64,000 bases of DNA. It comes from Eledone cirrhosa. Lineage: Eukaryota. Numbering within the stretch: position 1 is the stretch's first letter; each line of letters begins with the position of its first letter. The position numbers and the translations under genes are program-made. Of this stretch, positions 60,090 to 64,000 are shown in pieces. The notes under the pieces were generated by a model. The model ran no database searches. It saw only the letters and a program-made list of their open reading frames with translations, and had not been told where the DNA came from. The DNA lies in NCBI GenBank assembly GCA_964016885.1, contig OZ024741.1, positions 12,896,001-12,960,000 of the forward strand. Reading direction: 5' to 3'.

Positions 60090-63000
60090 TATGTGCACCA
60101 TAGAGGGGCCGGCTCGAACCCCAGGGTTGGGGCGGAATCACTGGCAACAGAACAAATTAAAGAAAGGATCGAAAAAGTGGAGGGAGTGCATGCTCAGGAT
60201 GAAACTCCAAATGAAAATAATGAGATCGTAAATGATAAAGAAATGAATGAGAATGAACTTGCCAACTTGAAGGATGAAATTATGATCGAATGGATGAAAA
60301 TGAAAGAATCTGACATGGGGCAACGAGACACCCTCCCTAAGATCCAGAACTCCAAACAGAACCAAAAGATAATACACAAGACTAACATAATTCTCAAAAA
60401 TATTATCATCACAAACAAACTAAACATTACTGATTTAAATCATCTCTATTATGCATCGGCTAAAGTCACCACTCACTTATGTGGAGTGAAGATGAAAAAA
60501 CAAAGGAATTCCCACAAGAAATCTACTTGGCAAGAGGACATCAGTCGCCAAATAAACCTTCTCCGATCTGACATAGAAATTTTAACAAACTATAAAGTAG
60601 GTGAACATGTTAAACAAACTAAACTTAGAAAATTGAAAAAAAAGTACAGTATAAAATCAACATGTGACATAGACATGCTGATAGAAATAATCAAGCAAAA
60701 AGTGTCGGCCAAAGCTGCTCGTATAAGGCGCTTTGAAAAACGATCTAGATTCTATAAGGACAATAATATGTTCAAAAACAACCAAAGAAACTTCTACAGA
60801 AAAATTGGTAAGTCAACAATAACTGCTAAATCAATACCACCCAAGGAGGAAGTGCAAGAATTCTGGGGAAAGATCTGGGCCGAAGAAAAAGTTCATAACA
60901 TACATGCCCCATGGATAGACAGACAAATGAAAGATACAGCTCACCTTGAGGAACAAATATGGGAAAATATAACAGTTGAACAGTTGCGCTTGGCTCTAAG
61001 AAAAACCAGCAAATGGAAATCCCCAGGAAAAGACAAAATACAAAACTTTTGGATAAATACCTTCACATAGTCTCATGAGCTGTTAGCCCAACTTTACAAT
61101 GAAATAGTTAAGGAGCCAGAAAAGATACCATCATGGCTAGTTAACGGCATTACATTCCTGCTTCCGAAGAATGATGAGACAAACAATCCCAAAAATTACA
61201 GACCGATAACTTGCTTGACCACAATGTATAACATTTTAACATCAGTCCTAACTGAATACACATATGACCACCTGATAACAAATGACCTATTTCCCATTGA
61301 GCAGAAAGGGTGTAAACGAGGCTCATATGGCTGTAAGGATCAGCTTCTGGTTAACAAAATGATACTGGAAGATTGTCATAATAGACACAAAAATCTATCG
61401 ATTGCTTGGATAGATTATAAAAAAGCATTCGATAGTTTGCCACACAGTTGGATTGAAAAATGTTTAGAGATTTTCAAAATATACCCCGTTGTCAGGAGGT
61501 TTTTGTCATTCAGTATGAAGACATGGAAAACGACACTCCTTTTGAATAGTGAAACAAAATCACTGGAAGCTGGAGAAGTTAATATTAATTGTGGAATTTT
61601 TCAGGGTGACTCTTTATCACGGCTTTTATTCTGCATCGCACTTATACCATTAAGTAAAATGCTCAATGAAACAAAACATGGATATAAAGTCTATGACAAA
61701 ACCATTAATCACCTGTTCTACATGGATGACCTGAAACTATTTGCAAAAAATGATGAACAATTGCAAGGGCTATTATCCACTGTGGAACAGTTCAGTGATG
61801 ACATTAAAATGGAGTTTGGACTAGATAAATGCGCCAAAGCAACGTTCACCAGAGGAAAGCTGCTGAAGAGTTCAGACATTAATCTTGATCGGGGGAACGT
61901 GATAAGAGAACTTGATCAAGAAAAAACTTACAAATATCTAGGTGTTTGTGAAGGAGACGGAATCAAGCACTCGACAATGAGGGAAAGGATAAGGAAGGAA
62001 TGTTACCTCAGAGTAAGAGCAATCTTAAGAACGGAATTGAATGCAAGGAATAGGATCGATGCCATAAACACGCTTGCCATACCAGTAGTAACCTACAGTT
62101 ACAATGTCATCAACTGGTCAAGCACAGAGATCCGTAGGCTCGATACAAAAATTCGAAAATTCTTAACCATGCACAGAATGCATCACCCTAAGGCAGATAT
62201 AGATAGAATATATCTCCCTAGGAAAGAAGGAGGACGTGGGTTAATCCAGTTAGACATTGCGTTGAAAACTGCAACAATTGGATTATCTACATATCTAAGG
62301 GAATCACATGATTGGATGATCAAACTCGTTTTGAAACACGAAAGCATCAAAAGATCATATTCCATTACAAAAGATGCACAAAGATACAGTAATGGACTAC
62401 AAATTTCAGAAGTCCCATTTACTGCTGAAATGGAAAACACAGAAAAAGCAAAGCAGGTAAAAGAAAGAACTGCTACAGAAACTGGCTAAGAAATGGCAAG
62501 AAAAGCCTCTGTATGGAAAATACCCAGAGCGAGCTAACAATCCTGATGTTGACAAAACTTTAACCCATCAGTGGTTGACATCCTCTGGACTGAAATCGGA
62601 GACTGAAGGACTGATTATATCAGCACAAGATCAGTGTCTGCCAACAAAAAATTACCAAGCCAACATAATAAAAAATGGGTGCAGCCCATTATGCCGTGTA
62701 TGCAAAAAACAACCAGAGACCATTGACCATATAATTTCAATGTGCAGTCCTATAGCTCCAACCGAATACCTAAACAGGCATGACAGAGCTGCACAATACA
62801 TACATTGGATAATGTGTAAGCATTTTGACCTGCCCCATCAAAAGAATTGGTGGGAGCATCAACCACCTCCCATACTTGAAAAAGATCACATCTCAATCTT
62901 GTGGAACTTTAGCATCCAAACAGACCGAAAAATAGATGCAAATAGACCTGATATAATATTGAAGGACTTTCAAAAGAGGGTATGCCTGCTAATTGATATG

Positions 63001-63426
63001 TCTGTTCCAATAGACAAGAATGTATCTATAAAAACATTTGAAAAATTGAGCAAGTATAAGGACCTGGAGATAGAAATTGGAAAAATGTGGAAATTGAGAA
63101 CTAACACAATACCAGTGGTTGTAGGCGCTCTGGGAATGATACCTAAGGGGTCTAATGATTACATATCGCAAATCCCAGGAAACCCGCGTATAGGAGAAAT
63201 ACAAAATATAGTACTAATAGGAACTGCCCATATACTAAGGAAGATTCTGTCAATATAAGTACATCACAAGTCTAAACACTAAAGATGCATGTGTGAATAT
63301 GTATGTTCTTTCTTGAACATGGCGGACCTTGTTGTCTCTTGAGGTCACTGGTTGTGACTTGGTGATAACTCGTATGAACATAAAGCAAGATAAATGCAAC
63401 TATAATAATAATAATAATAATAATAA
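60090..63426 (+). mobile_element. R4/Dong-like non-LTR retrotransposon (RT + restriction-like endonuclease), disrupted
   Basis: RT motifs PGKD, NYRPITCL, EQKG, WIDYKKAFDSLPH, GIFQGDSLS, HLFYMDDLKLF, KYLG. CCHC knuckle CRVC...ETIDHIISMC. RLE motifs RHD, RPDI, IDMSVP, KLSKY. In-frame stop at 61068-61070 and a frameshift near 62470. 3' UTR ends in (TAA)n at ~63403-63426. Confidence 0.88.
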
Positions 63427-64000
63427 TGTTTTCTTTATTAACCACAAGGGTTTACATAAAGTAGACATTAAGGACAGTACAGGACAATACAGGACGGTAC
63501 AAATGGGCATTTCTGCGTGTAAAAAAAACAGAGGATGTAATAAAATAACAAAGAAAAATTCCCCAATAGGGGGGAGACTTCCGAGGGATATTTGTGGAGA
63601 AAGCCCATTAAAAGACCACAGTGACCCTGACCACCAGGGCAAGTGCCCTCTCCCAGTTTTCCACCTTTAATTTACAGACACATACTCAGAGAAGGCCCAT
63701 TCATTCGGGCCATACTTGCTTCTCTCACACATCTTTCAACAAAATGTGGGAAGAGAGCACTTCCCTCTCTACCCTGATTTTCCTTTTCAAATGAAATTTG
63801 AAAAAGTTAATCAGGGCATCACCGAAGAGGTAAATGATCGTCTTCAGCCCTTTCAAACGTGTCCACCATACTATCTCTTTCGCCATGGCCACAAGACAAA
63901 TAAAAACTGCCTGCCCTTCCCGGCTAAAGGAAGAGGGCGGTGCAATCCTCACGATGGACTCAGCTGATAGCTGGATCCGTCCTACACGTGACAGCAGGTG
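63427..64000 (-). mobile_element. Tx1/L1-clade LINE 3' end (runs off the window edge)
   Basis: Encodes EGQAVFICLVAMAKEIVWWTRLKGLK...LINFFKFHLKRKIRVERE, homologous to 45600-45900. Minus-strand AATAAA followed by an (ATT)n tail. Confidence 0.65.

Noticed and set aside
59955-60090. N-terminus of the 371-aa ORF
   Set aside because: Reads through SINE and flanking sequence; not the LINE's genuine start.

Overview
Repeat-saturated eukaryotic DNA, most likely an octopus or other coleoid cephalopod, judged from a cephalopod-type myosin light chain exon and the SINE content. Most of the long ORFs in the track are microsatellite translations. The one host gene I can support is the 5' part of a myosin regulatory light chain on the minus strand. 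It has a candidate non-coding exon 1 and promoter (~32.2-32.4 kb), an ATG micro-exon (13677-13696) and two apparently mutually exclusive N-terminal exons: a squid-muscle type (10801-10851) and a phosphorylatable RATS type (10576-10680). Mobile DNA includes a decayed R4/Dong-like LINE, Tx1/L1-like and CR1-like LINE 3' fragments, a full-length mariner pseudo-element, hAT and Tc1/mariner MITEs, two tRNA-derived SINE families and several minisatellites. The most striking hidden signal is about nine unrelated short elements, mostly lodged in (TA)n tracts, that carry type I hammerhead-ribozyme motifs. Several have 45-100 nt multibranch insertions in stem II, two have a compensatory U3:A8 core, and several have 5' inverted arms. 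This suggests a diverse population of Penelope-like pLTR or retrozyme-type elements. All folds were paired by eye and none has been tested.
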